Assembly: GCA_051294375.1 (NCBI GenBank)
Contig: CM119270.1
Coordinates: 1,145,238 to 1,209,237 of the forward strand
Direction of reading: 5' to 3'
DNA length: 64,000 nt
Origin: Paraspadella gotoi
Taxonomy: Eukaryota > Animalia > Chaetognatha
The notes below the pieces were generated by a model. The model was not told the origin of the DNA. It did not search any database and worked only from the letters and a program-made list of their open reading frames with translations. Position 1 is the first letter of the stretch. Each line of letters opens with the position of its first letter. The position numbers and the translations under genes were made by a program. Below are positions 43,360 to 57,186 of this stretch, one piece after another.

Positions 43360-46125
43360 ATGGACAGTTTGACGTCTCAACCGGCGGAGTTGTCCGTTTC
43401 CCTTTCGAAGGCGGCGCCTCTAGCGGGCGTCTGGGGAACAGACTGCAATCTCCACGCGTTTCCCCGCACGTTGGAGAGACGGGAGACGTTGGGGACCGGC
43501 GAAGAAGGGTAAGGAAGTAAAGATGATGTTTTCACATCGGCATCTCTCACCTCTTGTCTTCATTTAATTCCATATTTTTATTTTACCAAAACTCTCCCTT
43601 CTTCACAACTCCCCTCAGCCACGCCCACCCCCGCGTCTCCCAAATTCGCTGGACGTGTCACGAATTTCGCCCTCGTTTCCGTAAACTCGTCAGCGAGTCG
43701 CATCAATACTTCCTTCAAGTGCAGCAAGCGGCGTCGACCGATTCCAAGGAAGCCGATCGCGTTTCCCTCCTCAAATTCTCTCGCCTCTATCGCGCCGTCA
43801 TGAAGACCTGCTCTATGGACTTACACCAGATGGCCGAGCGGCGCCGACGGGACGGCGCCGGTGGCGAAGAAGTGGGCGCCGCGGATGAGGCCCAACAGTT
43901 GGAGTGGCAGGAGCTCATCTGGAGTCTCGTCGAGATCCTTTTCATCGACGCTCCACCTGGTGGGATGATTCTCAATCCGCTGCTGGAGTGGATCCACCAG
44001 CATTTCCCCACTGGCGATCGAAGGGCGCCACTGATTCTTGAGGATGTGGCCAGCGTCGCTTCATCGGACGACGGACATGCGGGGCAACCGGAGGCGTCGC
44101 CGCATTTTTGGCCGGCCGTTACGGCATTCTTATTGCAGGTGGTTTGAGCTTTGGGGTAATACAGGGCAGGCGTTAATGATTATCTTTGGCGGATTAGCCT
44201 TGGAATTCCTGAATTTAATTTTAAATATGATCTATCTTGAATCGTTCATAAAATATGAGGAAATGTTTGCGAAAATAACCATATTAGATTGAAGAAGTAA
44301 AATATTATTTTTAATTATCTATTATAAAATGCAAATTATTGAATCAGGGTCAACTTACCCGCGCCCGCGAAGTCCTCGCCCTCCACTCAGCCCACCTCCT
44401 CGGCGCCGACTCCAAGACGCCGGCGACGAAGGCGGCGCTCGACTCTCTGGACGAACTGCTGCGGAAGATGCCCCTCTTCGGCGCCTTCATCGGGAAGTCG
44501 GTGACCGAGTTCGACCTGCGGTGGCAGAGGTGGCGAGAGGAGTGCCAGTTGAGGCTGGCAAAAGGTGGGAAGGTTGCAAATGTTAACTTTATTGATAACA
44601 AATTATTAATACTCTTTCTTATTCTTTTTCGTATCCAGGAGTGTTCGTGGATGCCAAGTTGGAACTCCTCGTCCGCCTCCTGACAGGCGACGAGGCGGCC
44701 TTCGCCTCGGACGAAGTGTTGGAGGTGACCTCCACTTGGTATCACCATCTCATATCCAAACTCCTCTACATGAATCCGACTGTGAAGACCATCGATGTTC
44801 AATATCACATCCATCAGGCGATGGATTCCTACATGCTCGCTACCGAGCAGACGCCCTCCATCGTCGACGGGATTCTCCAAGTCAGTTTCGGTCATTGTCT
44901 TGATCTCATTTGCATATTGCGTTTATTGATCTGATATCTTATTTTTTATTTTTAGCTTTTTATCTTTATTTCTCCGTTAGATTAGGTTACTTCCGAAAAT
45001 ATTTATTTCTTTTATGTTTTTCATGGAAATAATTTTTTTTATGAAATGACGAAATTATCCAATTTGAACATTCAATGAGTCGAGAAGAAAGGGGCTTCCC
45101 TTTTCCAATAGCAAAAAACAAATTTGAATGCTAGCTTCTTTTTTTTTCGTAATTTTAACAATATTGCCCTTTTCCTACTCCAGGCCGCCTTCGAATTCGA
45201 CCTCCACACGGTGATCAAAGAATGCTGCAGCCACTTGTCCAACTGGTGGATGGCGGCGCACCTCACCGACCTCCTTCATCACTGCGGTCAACTCGACGCC
45301 GCCAACAACTCCGTCCTCGGCAAACCCCACTTCCGCTGCAGCCTCCGCGAGCACATCCTACTCGAATACGCCGAGGGGCTCATGACTCACAGCTCCCTCT
45401 GGCAAGTGGGCGCCAGCTACTTCGATCACTGCCCTCGCCTCGGCCGCCAACACCTGGCCCTGCACCTGGAGCGTCTTCCCGTCGACACGGACGTCAAGGC
45501 GATGAAGGTGCTTCGCGCGATGCGACGGCGTGGCCTTTCGCGCCAAGCCTTTTCCCTCTGCCGCGTTCTCGCCGTCCGCGCGACCAAATCGGGTCGACTC
45601 GGCGCCGCTTTATCTTGGTCGGTCGAGTCGAAAGACGCCGCTTTCGCCGGGTTCGTCGCCGAGCGCCTCCTTTCAGTCTACGGCGCTACCGGCGCCTTTT
45701 CTCATCTCGACGCCCTCGACCATCTCGGCGCCGACATGGTCCTCAACGAGAAACTCGCCTTTCTCGGCAAATATCGAGAATTTCATCGACTCTACGAAGC
45801 CTCGGACTTTTCCGGCGCCGGAAGGCTCCTGCTCAGCCTGCTGACGGCCAAATTGGCGCCGAAACGATTCTGGCTGACGCTGCTGTTGGACGCCCTGCCG
45901 CTGCTGGAGTCGGCCGAGCTCGTATTCGGCGTCGACGAGACTTTCGAGATGATGCATTGTCTGGAAGAGTTGGGGACGTGGAAGCGATTCGATGGAGACG
46001 CCGTGGAGGCGCCGATGGAGGAGGAGAAGACGGGGCTGTTGAGGCTGGCGTTGGCGAGGAATTTGGCGAGGGCGATGGTGGAACCTGTGGGCGGAGGAGA
46101 TGGGGGAGACGAAGGGGCCGATTGA
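43360..46125 (+). CDS. NUP85: Nucleoporin Nup85, 5 exons
   Basis: ELIWSLVEILFIDAPPGG, WYHHLISKLLYMNP, SNWWMAAHLTDLLHHCG, HSSLWQVGASYFDHC, LAFLGKYREFH, LLRLALARNLARA. Confidence 0.95.
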
Positions 46126-46520
46126 CGAACTACTTGGTAGCAAAGACGACGACAACATTAAACTTTAAAAAATGCGCTAGTTTAGTTTTAAATGATGATA
46201 GGCCGATTCAGAATATTAATTATTAAGATATTATTAAGATCAAGAAACCCCCCCCCACTATAAGAGCTTCGTAGGGTGGATGACGGTAAATATCAGGGGG
46301 CCTCGCTACCGAGCCACAACGACTCCCCTCTTCCCAGTATCTACTGTCAATTAACTGTTGCTTTCACTTTCAACAGCCTTCCTTTTCATCTCTTCGTTTT
46401 CACATTATCATCCCCCAAATATCCGCGTTCTTACTTGTTATTCCTCTACTGTTAAATGTGATCGTTTTTATTTTTTTCTCAGTAATATTTCCATCGTTTA
46501 TATAAGAAGACTCCACCGCC

Positions 46521-48899
46521 ATGTCCGCCGCTCTTTTCCCCATCCTGCTCCTCGGCGCTCTCGCAGCCTGCGCCTCGCCCGACCCTCTGCCCGACATCGA
46601 TTCCCTCCGCCCGATCGACGCCGAGCACGGTTACAAGTTCCACCCGGGAAAAGTCTACTACCTGCAGCCGCAGCAGGTCAGGCTGTCCTACTGGGGAGAC
46701 CCTACTCAAATGTGGGTCACGTGGACGACGTTGGGGAACGAGACGCTGGACGGGAAAGTCATCGACTCTTTCGTCCAATTCGGCGTCAAAGGTTTCGCCG
46801 TCACGACGAAAGGAAATCTCACGACTTTTCAAGATTCTGGACCCGAGAAGAGGACGACTTGGATTCACCGAGCGCTCATGGTCGGACTCAAGCCCAATAC
46901 GAGGTTGGGTTATTTTTAAATAATAAATAGTTTAATCCTTAAATACTATTTTCCTCAAAGTTTTTGTCCACAACTCCTTTGATTCTCATATCGGCCGCCT
47001 CGCCACGAATGCCCTTTTTTTTCGCGCGAGTCGATAGATCGCACGTTTATCAGTGTCAGAAAAACGAAAAAAATAACATCGTAAGAATGCCAAAAAAGAA
47101 GTCCTATCCTTAAATTCTTCTATCCCTAAATTCTTCTATCCATAAATCCTTCTATCCATAAATATTGTCTCCATCACCTTCTATCCATAAATCCTTCTAT
47201 TCATAAATCCTTGGATCCCTTAATCCTGTTGTCCTTAAATCCTTTAATATCTAAATCCTATATCCTTCCATCCCTAAATCCATCTATCTTTCCTGGCTTC
47301 TCAGATACATGTACCACGTAGGCGGGCCTCGAACCGGCTGGAGCGGCGCCAACTTTTTCCGCACGATGCCGGCCGACGAGAAGTGGACGCCGCGATTCGC
47401 CGTCTTCGGGGATTTGGGAAACTCCTTCGGGCTTTCCATTCCTCGACTGCAGGTTGGCTTTCGGAGGGGAGGGGGGTGGAAGGGAGAAATGGATGAGGAA
47501 GGGAGGAAACTTACTTAAAATATTAAAAGATTAATAAGTAATTCATAATGTACTAATAATTTAGGAAAAAAATTGAGGTCAAAGATCATCTAGTATAATT
47601 AAAACTAAAACACAAACAAGTTTAAGAAATAAAAACCAAACCATGAAAACAGACTAAATTCATTTTTTTCACAAACACAAACACACAAACACAAACAAGT
47701 TGAAGAAATAAAAACCAAACCATGAAAACAGACTAAATTCATTTTTTCCGTGACCGTATTTCGTCCCCAGACTGAGGCCATCCTCGGCCACTTTGACGCC
47801 GTCCTCCACTACGGAGACTTCGCCTACGATTTGTCTCAAGACGCTGGTCGATTCGGGGACGAGTTCCTGCGGCAGATGGAACCCGTCACCGCCACCGTCC
47901 CTTACATGACCACACCGGGTAAGAGTGGAATTAGATTACTTCACTTTCTATTAATTTATCTATTTATTTTATGACAATTAAGTTAGTCTTTAATTTTTCA
48001 CTTTGCCCGATTTAAAATTTATTCTAAAAGCGTCAAACCAAACTAATATCAAACTCTAAAATTCAGTACTACAATATGTAAATAAGTTTGAAAGATACAA
48101 TCTGTATATTAAAAAATTCTCTGAAAATTCAGTGTGAAAGGAATTCAAATACTTTATTTTGTCTGACTTTATTTAACTATTTTATTACTTTTTTACATTG
48201 TTAGGCAATCACGAGTACCACTACAATTTCCTCCACTACAAAAACCGATTCACGATGCCTAGAAACGGCTACGACGATGAACCCAACATGTTTTACTCGG
48301 TGGACATTGGACCCGTTCACATCATCGCCATCTGCACAGGTGAGTTTTAATGTGATATTTAAGTTCGTCTACATACTGTATACGTACTATGCTGTCTACT
48401 ATACTACTATACTGTACTATACTGTATTCTATACGTACTATACTATCTAGGTACTTGATTGTAACAATTTCTTCTCTCTCGCTAGAATTCCTTTACTTCA
48501 CCGGTTTCGGCTGGATGCAAAACGCCCAACAATACGAGTGGCTCGTCAAGGATCTCCAGAAGGCAACGCGGCCGGAGAACCTGGCCCGCCGTCCCTGGAT
48601 CCTGGTCATGGGTCACCGACCTCCCTATTGCACGGACAACGACGACCCGGAGATGTGCGTCCCGGACAATCTCGTCCGCGTCGGCTTTCCTGGCGTCAAG
48701 GTCTACGGGTTCGAGAATCTCCTCTATCAGTACGGAGTGGACTTGGCCTTCTGGGCGCACGAACATTCCTACGAACGGACGTTTCCCGTCTTTAATAACA
48801 CCGTAATGAACGGGACGGGGGCTGATCCGTACAAGGATCCGGGCGCGCCCGTGCACATTATCAACGGGGCAGCGGGGAATCGGTGAGTGGAGGTAGAAG

Positions 48900-48960
<61 letters not shown>

Positions 48961-49323
48961 ATTGAGCCCCGTGCAACTGAAGAAGGCCTTCAAGGTTTTA
49001 AATGGAGATCGTAGTTATTGGAAATTGATTATATAATTGATATTTTGTATATTATTTTATATTTAATATCTGTTTTTATTTCATTATTTTTTTCTTTCAG
49101 CGAAAAGAACGACCAATTTTTCCAGGTCGTCCCCGAATGGTCGGCCTTCCGCAACAGCGACTTCGGCTACGGTCGACTCATCGTCTTTAACTCTACTCAT
49201 CTGTACTTCGAGCAAGTCTCCGCGGAGAAGGGAAGAGTCATCGATCGATTCACTCTCGTTAAGACGCTTCACGGACCCGAGGCTTATCGGCGGTGGCCCG
49301 GCAAGGGCGGACCGGCGCCGTGA
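46521..49323 (+). CDS. ACP7: Purple acid phosphatase-like (acid phosphatase type 7), ~6 exons
   Basis: Signal peptide, QPQQVRLS, FAVFGDLG, LHYGDFAYD, PYMTTPGNHE, GHRPPYC, AHEHSYER, APVHIINGAAG. Confidence 0.93.
47101..47290. repeat. 16 bp minisatellite (TTCTATCCATAAATCC-like) in ACP7 intron
   Basis: Directly visible. A separate ~58 bp duplication lies at 47611-47748. Confidence 0.85.
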
Positions 49324-49762
49324 AGGTGCCGAGTCTGTTTGAAACTCGAAAAATGGGAAGATGACTTTTGAATTCTCAAGTTTGAGAAATCGATTACTTT
49401 CCTGGTCTTTTTTCTTTTATTTCTCGCCTTTGATCTTTTAATGATGGTTGCCAAGTTTAATAATTGTTTAATGATTATTAATTGTCACGTTTAATTTATA
49501 CTATTACTGATCTCTTCGAGAAAGTATATTTTGTCGTAGTATTTGCCACACTTGCCTGCAATGGTAGCATTGCATTTCACCGGAAAATAGTAGTCATCTT
49601 CACTCTTACTAATGCTTTTTTTTTAATTTTTGATCACTCAACAGTATTTAAATTTCGAGATTTTTAACGTGATAATTTATTGATTTATTGTTATTAATTT
49701 CTTCACTTTATTATTTCAGCGATAAAATCTTTTTAAAACAATTTAATAAACAAACAAAACAA

Positions 49763-50281
49763 ATGTCGGAGCCAAAGAATAAGAGTCCCTCTTCCGACTC
49801 TTCCTCCTCCAAACCGGCCGCCTCGGCCTCCGCCTCCGAACCTTCCATCTCAGAGCAACAGGCCTACGCCCACTTCAACAAACTCCGCGAGGAACAGCGC
49901 CTTCTCTCGCAAAAGGCGCTCGAGCTCGAGAACGAGGCTCACGAGTACGGCGTCGTCATCCAGACGCTGTCGGGCGTGGCCGAAGATCGGCGCTGCTTCC
50001 GTCTTCTCGGCGGGATCCTCGTGGAGCGAACGGTGGGCGAAGTGGTTCCTCAACTGACGGAGCAGAAGAAGAAGATCGAGATGCTGGCGGAATCGATGCA
50101 CGACGGCGTCGCGGACAAAGGGAAGGAGCTCAACGACTGGAGGCTCAAATACAACATCAAATTTTACGGGGAGGATTCGGGAGCCGCGCTGGCGAACAAG
50201 ATCTCGGCGCAGGCCGAGGCGTTGAACGTGAAGGAGAAGAAGCCTGAAGGTCCCACGGGAGTCTTGGTCGCGCCGTCTTAA
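49763..50281 (+). CDS. PFDN2: Prefoldin subunit 2, intronless CDS
   Basis: FNKLREEQRLLSQKALELENEAHEYGVVIQTL..RRCFRLLGGILVERTVGEVVPQL..KGKELN; ends GVLV. Confidence 0.95.
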   Translation: MSEPKNKSPSSDSSSSKPAASASASEPSISEQQAYAHFNKLREEQRLLSQKALELENEAHEYGVVIQTLSGVAEDRRCFRLLGGILVERTVGEVVPQLTEQKKKIEMLAESMHDGVADKGKELNDWRLKYNIKFYGEDSGAALANKISAQAEALNVKEKKPEGPTGVLVAPS

Positions 50282-51168
50282 AGATTCGAGGGTGCCGGTC
50301 GGTGAAAAGCGGTTTTGAAATCGATTCGCTTCGTCTTTCTTCTCAGCGGATTTTTTTGTCTTTTCCGTCGAAACTTTTTTTTTTGGCTTGAAAATTAAAA
50401 AAAAAATATCTTCTTTGACTTTGTACTTGAAACACGAATCCTCTTCGCTTCTTTTTAAAAAACATTTTCATCTCCACCCCAGTTTTTTTTTTTTTTTTTT
50501 TGCGTTGACTGTGTTTACAATCGCTCGAAAGATTTCGCCATGCGTTTCTTTAGACTCCTTTCTTTTGCTTGTTTTTTGAATCGAGACTTGGCTTTTTATT
50601 ATTTAAACTCTTCAGTGACCCTTTTTTTGGTTTTCAGATTTCAAAGTTCGAGAAAATTGAACTTTCTTATAGCGATGAATGGATTTAGTTATAGTATAAT
50701 TTTAATTCTCCTTCCGGGATGTCGAGAATAGAAAATTTTAACATTAGTAATTTCTTTTATTTATTATACATACAAGCCCTCATTGTTATTTGTGCATCAT
50801 GAATCATAATTTTGAGTTATTCAAAATCATTTTATGTCCGACGTCCATCCCATTGAAACTGTCGTAATCACAGAATTTTATAATCGTTTATTTATTATCT
50901 GGTCCCACGGACACTAACTTACTCTTCAGCTTTCAGTTATAATCAGCAAGAGTTCTGTAATTCATCAATCCATCCGATATTTTAAAAACATTGATAATGT
51001 AATTGTTGTTAAGATATTTAATTTATGAAATTACAGCGAAAGTTTTTAAGAATCTAATGCTAAGTTTATTTTAAAGAAATACATGACTTAATACAGAGAG
51101 ATAATTTCATTTCTTGCGACTGGAATCCTTTTTCTATTCGCCCACTCTCAGAAAACCGAAACAAAAAC

Positions 51169-53941
51169 ATGGCGGCTAATATGTATCGCGTAGGCGACTA
51201 CGTCTACTTCGAATGCTCCTCCTCTGCTCCTTACCAAATCCGTCGCATCGAGGAGCTCAACAAAACTCCCAATGGAAACGTGGAAGCGAAGGTCATGTGC
51301 TTCTATCGACGTCGCGATCTCAGCGGGACGCTGGTGCTCCTAGCGGACAAACACCAGACGGCGTTGGAGGAGGAGAGGGAATTCAAGGAGGACATCAATG
51401 AGAAGCAGCGCCATCAACTCAAACACCGCGAGCTTTTCCTTTCCCGCCAGGTGGAGACACTCCCTGCTACGCACATCCGTGGCAAATGTGCCGTCACACT
51501 GCTCAATGAGACTGAGAGTCTCATCTCGTATCTCAACAAAGACGACGCCTACTTTTACTCACTCGTCTATGATCCTCAGCAGAAGACGTTGTTGGCGGAT
51601 AAGGGGGAGATTCATGTGGGGTCGCGTTACCAAGTAGACAATGTTCCCAAAACCTCTTCTTGTAAGCTTGGTGACGACGATGGGAGAGTCTTGTCTGATC
51701 TGGAGACTCCAGTGTGGACACCAGATTCGCCGTTGACGGACAGACAGATTGACCAATTTATGGTAGTCGCCAGATCTGTGGGCACCTTCGCCCGGGCACT
51801 GGACTGCACCTCTACAGTGCGACAACCCTCGCTGCATATGTCCGCGGCAGCGGCTTCGCGAGATATCACGCTTATGCACGCCATGGATGTGTTGCACAAG
51901 CATAATTATGATATGTCTAAGGTAAGCTTTCTATTTTTTTATTTGTTTACTGATGATGTAATTTTACTTAGTAAACGTTATCCCTTGTATAACTAATTCT
52001 TAATCCCTTTATCCATTTTTCTTCTTCCCCCTTTTATCCAGCTGTTCCTTCTTTTATCTCTTTTTTTTCTTACCCTTTCTTTTTTTATTTTTTTTATCTT
52101 TTCAAAATATTTTCTCTGTTTCACTCAGGCCATAGCGTCTCTCGTCCCCTCTGGCGGCCCAGTCCTTTGCCGCGACGAGATGGAGGAATGGTCTGCCTCA
52201 GAGGCAAATCTCTTTGAAGAAGCGCTTGACAAATATGGCAAAGACTTTAACGATATTCGGCAGGACTTCCTGCCCTGGAAGACTCTGAAAAGCATTGTCG
52301 AATATTACTACATGTGGAAGACGACTGATCGCTATGTGCAGCAGAAGCGTCTAAAAGCTGCTGAAGCAGAAAGCAAGCTTAAACAAGTTTACATCCCTAA
52401 CTACAACAAGCCCAATCCTTCGGCCATCTCCAAACCGGGTGTCAACGGAGATCCCAACGGAGCCGGCCGCGCTTGCGAGAGTTGCTACGCCGCCAACTCG
52501 CCCCAGTGGTACGCTTGGGGCCCGGCGCACGTGCAATGCCGTTTGTGCTCCAACTGCTGGAACTATTGGAAGAAGCATGGTGGGCTCAAGATGCCGACGA
52601 GGCTCGACGGCGATCGGCCGGTGCCGGTGCCACGATCGGGCAGCGTTGATGCTTCCGGTGCCGAGCCGTCTGTCGAGTTGGCAGAGTCGGCGCCACCAAC
52701 TTATCTGCAGCCGCATCGCCCACATCGCTGCACCATCGCCGACTGCGGCAAAGAATTTAAGCTGAAGGCGCATCTCGCTCGCCACTGCGCCACCGTACAC
52801 GGTCTCTCTATCGGCGCCGGCGCCGTCGGCGGTATCGGCAGCGGTGTCAACGGCCGCGCCGGCGTTGCCGGAAGCGGCTCCATGAAGACCCGCGTCGCCT
52901 TTTGTCTGGTGACGACGCCTCTTTGCCGCCTGGCGCGCCGGGTAGCCAGGGAACACTATCGCCCCCACCGCGCGGCTTGCCATCCCTTCGCGCCGATAGA
53001 CACGGCTGGCATCGTGAGAGAGACGCTCGCCAAGGTGCCCTCCCTCGCCAAACCCGTGGGCGAGTTCGCTGACGCTTTCGAGGCCGACGCCGCCAATCAG
53101 CTCGTCAAGATGCCCGAGGCGGCGAAGGCGCTGCTGCCCAAGAAGAAAAAGTACAAGAAGCGCGTGGGGATGGAGGTAGTGGTCAAGAGGCTGGGCATGG
53201 ACGTGAGGAACGAGAAACCAGGTCAGTTGGTTTGGATGGCGGTGGAAGGTTATTAGATATTGCAAGATTTGAAAACGGGTGGGATAATAGATAACTGACA
53301 AAGTGAATCATAAAGTAAACAAAGTATTTCAAGTATTGGTAAACCAATTAATTTTCTAATTGTAAAATGTAAATTATAAACGTGATTATCAACATTAACC
53401 TTCAGACATCCTCGCTCGACTCCCTCGTCGCGAGGGATCCGAAACCATCCGCTACCCGATTCCCCCTGGCGGCATCCGCCCCACCTTCGCCGCCATGAAC
53501 GCCGCCGCCGAATCGCGCCAACTCTCCGGCGCCGTGGCTTCCGTCGGTGGCGCGCCTAAGTCGCTCAAGCGGCCCGCGGATCCCTCGGACACATCCTTCG
53601 CCTCTCATCACCCGGAGAAGCAGATGCGAGCGGCGACGGCGGCCGCTCTGGCACAGGTCCACGGCATGGGGTCGGGGCTGGGCTTCGGCATCAACGGCGG
53701 CCGAAGCGGCGTGGGCGGACGGCTGGGGCCGTCGAGGAGAAACATGGAGTGGACGGACACGCCCGAGGACGTCTTCTTCATGGCCACCGACAACACCAGC
53801 ATCCTCATCTCCAGCAAGAGGGTGAGGCGCGGCCTGACCATGCAGGAGATTCGTCGAGCGGCTCGAAAGCCTTGGCGCCGGCTGCGTATCCACGACGCGG
53901 CGGAGCAGCGACAACCCACGGCTTTGACCAAAGGAAAATAG
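51169..53941 (+). CDS. MTA1: Metastasis-associated protein (NuRD subunit): BAH-ELM2-SANT-GATA finger, 3 exons
   Basis: [58 protein letters not shown]...[21 protein letters not shown]. Confidence 0.97.
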
Positions 53942-54834
53942 AAAAAGGGAACTCTGGGTTTTTGAAAACTTTTATTTGTAGTAGTCGGTTAACTACTGCT
54001 ATGTCCTAACTGTTTTTGACTAAATTCATGAGAAAAAAAATCTCGATTACTCTACTACATGGAGCCAATTTTAAACCCGCTGCTAAAAGACATATCCCAA
54101 TCAAAAAGGCGTAAAGATTTTACCTTTTATTTTAAAAATAAGTTACGGACCCTGAGCCCGCATCCTCAAATATTTGACCTGTTAGGCTTAGGACTCTACC
54201 AGAATATAAAGGCGTATATACGGGTGAAGCGTCTATCGTATTAGAAAAAACTCCTTCAACACAAAAGTGATTGAAATAAACTATTCATAAATAATGCTTA
54301 TGATTTTGCTACAGATATATTATATATTATTTTCGATTGGTTAATTTTTTTTCGGAGTGGGCTTCAAATTGTAACCACAAGTAAAATCAGAATCTGTAAT
54401 TCTGTATCTTCGTAAATTTATTTTCTTTGTTTTGGTTTCATAAGGAAGGTCCTGTTTAATTAATTCTAAAATTATCTATAATCTTATATTTTTAACTGTA
54501 AATAAATAATTTTATAAGGTAGGAGACGGAAGAGACGGAAAACCCCGCTCATCATCGCAACGTAGATTTATCATTGCAAAATTCGTATCCTGCATGACAG
54601 TTTACACGCCATTCCTTTGTTCGCTTTTAAAATTAGATTTAGCCCATTTAGTTCGTTCCTGCCATCATCTGAAAAAAAACAAACCCAAATTTCCCCTTCA
54701 TTTTTGATTATACATATTCTTTTTTCCTATATTCTTACATTAAAATACAAAATTATTGATTTTTACTTTCATTTCACCATTTGAAGAGCCAGTTCAGTCA
54801 ATGTACGGACATTACGAGCTAGATTCTGACGTCG

Positions 54835-56607
54835 ATGTCCGTTACCATGGTGACTCGACGCCGATCGTCACCGGTTATCGACCCCGTCTCCGAGGCGTGC
54901 CAAGAAAGGCCGCTCGTAAAAGTCGAGGTGGAATGTAACTTCGCCGAAAATGACGCCGCCGCCGCCGTCCAAGAGGACGAGGTTAAATTCGGCGCGGGAC
55001 TGAAATCAGGTTGGAGTTTGGAAAGGATTTATCCGATCCTATTTTAGAGGTTGTGACATCCAACGTTTTATTTACAAGGCATATTTTCTTTCCCCCTACA
55101 CCCCTCTCACGATTTCCCTCAAGAACTCGCCCCTTCTCGGCGACCCTTCTCCTGCCCATTTTGCGATCGAAAATTCCCGCAAAGATCCGACGCGAAAATC
55201 CACGCGAGCGAAAGTCACGCTCGTCGCGTCGCCGATCGGCGGTGGGCGAGAGCGTGGACGGGGGCGAGGGTGGAGTGGGCGCGTCGAAGGAACGGGGTCT
55301 TGGAATCGGCGCAGGGAGATATTATAAGGAGGCGGCGCTTCGATCGTGTAACGGACGTAGAAGTGGAATTAGGTGGGAAAGTAAAGGAAGATGTACAAAT
55401 AGAAAGGGAATTTGAGGAAAAGGAATTAAAAGAATTAAGGGGAAAAGAAATTCAAAAATTGAAAGAATATTCGCGAGAGAAAGAACTCGATTCGATAATC
55501 AAACGCGAAGTCGTTGATATGGACTTCGACAATAACGACTACGATTATGACGACGTCGACGACGACGAAGTTCAATTGATCTTCGGAAACGAGGATCCAG
55601 TCGGAAGCGTCAAATGCTTCTATTGCGATTTTCGCCACCAACGAAGCTCCTTCGTCGAGAGTCACGTGACCAACGTTCACGAAACAATTTTGGAAGGTAA
55701 GTTCGAGGAAAACCGCAGCGAATTCGGAGTCGAGGAAAGTCATTTTGAGAGCGAAGCCGACGAAATTCGCTGTGGAAACGAGAAAGAATCTCACGGATGT
55801 GAAGAAATATCGATTTCGGTGGATAAAGGGAGAAAAGTGAAACTGCAGCCCTTCGCTTTGGCTCATGTTCTCAAATTATTCAACCGTCGATCGAAGAACC
55901 GTTTTAGTCACGAAAACGAAAAGACTAGAAAATTCAAACGCGAAAAATTAGATTCGTTTTCCTCTAAAAGTCGAGTAGAACTCTCCAAATCCGATTCAGT
56001 TCTTTGCAATCTCATCAAGTCCGAGCAGAATCCCCACCATCGTCGCCTGCCGGAAATCGATGACCCATTCGACCAATGGCACCGAGACCTTGGCGTCAAA
56101 CATCGGCAACTGGTCCCGTGTCCCGATTGTCCTTTCGTCGGGGCCTCGGAGAACAAAACCAAGGCCCATCGTCGAAACGTTCACGTCCCGAAGCAATACG
56201 CTTGCACCGAGTGCGATCACAGGTCCAAGACCAAGAGCAATCTCCGATTGCATCGACGAATTCACGAGAGAGAATCGAAGAAGGCGCCGTCGACTTCCGC
56301 CGTCCGTTCCCTTCAACTTCATTCCCCCAACGTCGTCGACGAGAAACCCTTCAAGTGCGATCAATGTCCCTACGCCGGCCGAACCTCCTACAGCCTCCGA
56401 CAGCACTCGTCGATCCACTCCACCGAACGCAACTTTGTTTGCGGCGACTGTGGCGCCAACTTCAAGCGCCGCATCAACTTGTGGTTGCATCGCAAATGGT
56501 TTGAAAAGGGCGACACCGTCTATTGCGACCTTTGCGATTTCAGCGCCGCCAACGAGTTTCGATTGAAGAAGCACAAAAGGGAAAAACATAGGAAGAAGTC
56601 GGGATGA
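54835..56607 (+). CDS. Multi-C2H2 zinc-finger protein, 2 exons (54835-55009, 55124-56607)
   Basis: An in-frame GT-AG join gives FSCPFCDRKF..H....H, followed by ~6 more fingers with KPFKC and TERNFVC linkers. Confidence 0.8.
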
Positions 56608-57186
56608 CCCCTCGTCACACCCCCGTCCCCCTCTCTCCCCCCCCCTCCCGGTATCCTCACCTCGCAAGCCTCTTAGAGCCGATTAGAAAGTTACTTTGAT
56701 GCGATCCTTAGTAGTTTCTTGTTATTACTTTTATTATTCATTCGGAACTTGATAATACAATTAACTTTTTGATTTCGAGTTGATTTTGGTGATAATGGTT
56801 TTTTGGTTTGTTTATTTTCATTAGTTTGTAGTATCGTTGTCGCTGATCGAGTCATTCGTCTTTCTTCTCTTCCTTTTTCTTTTTTTTTTTTAATATAATG
56901 TACGATTCAATTTCTCTTTGTTCATGCACACTTCATTACTGTATAGTATTTTGCTGATTAATTAATTCTCTATTAACAATCAAATATGTTGAATTCTAAA
57001 AGTAATATAAGAATAAAATATCGATCAAAGTGTTTCCTTTTGCCACATTCTTTTTTTCAACATCTTTTGCAAGGCGCCCAGCTAAAAACCAAATCATGAC
57101 GGAGGTACCAATCTCCTGGAACCTTGGCCGCTTCTCATCGAGCCTCTTCTAAAAAAGTCTTTAGCCTAAGGCCTTAAGACCTTAGG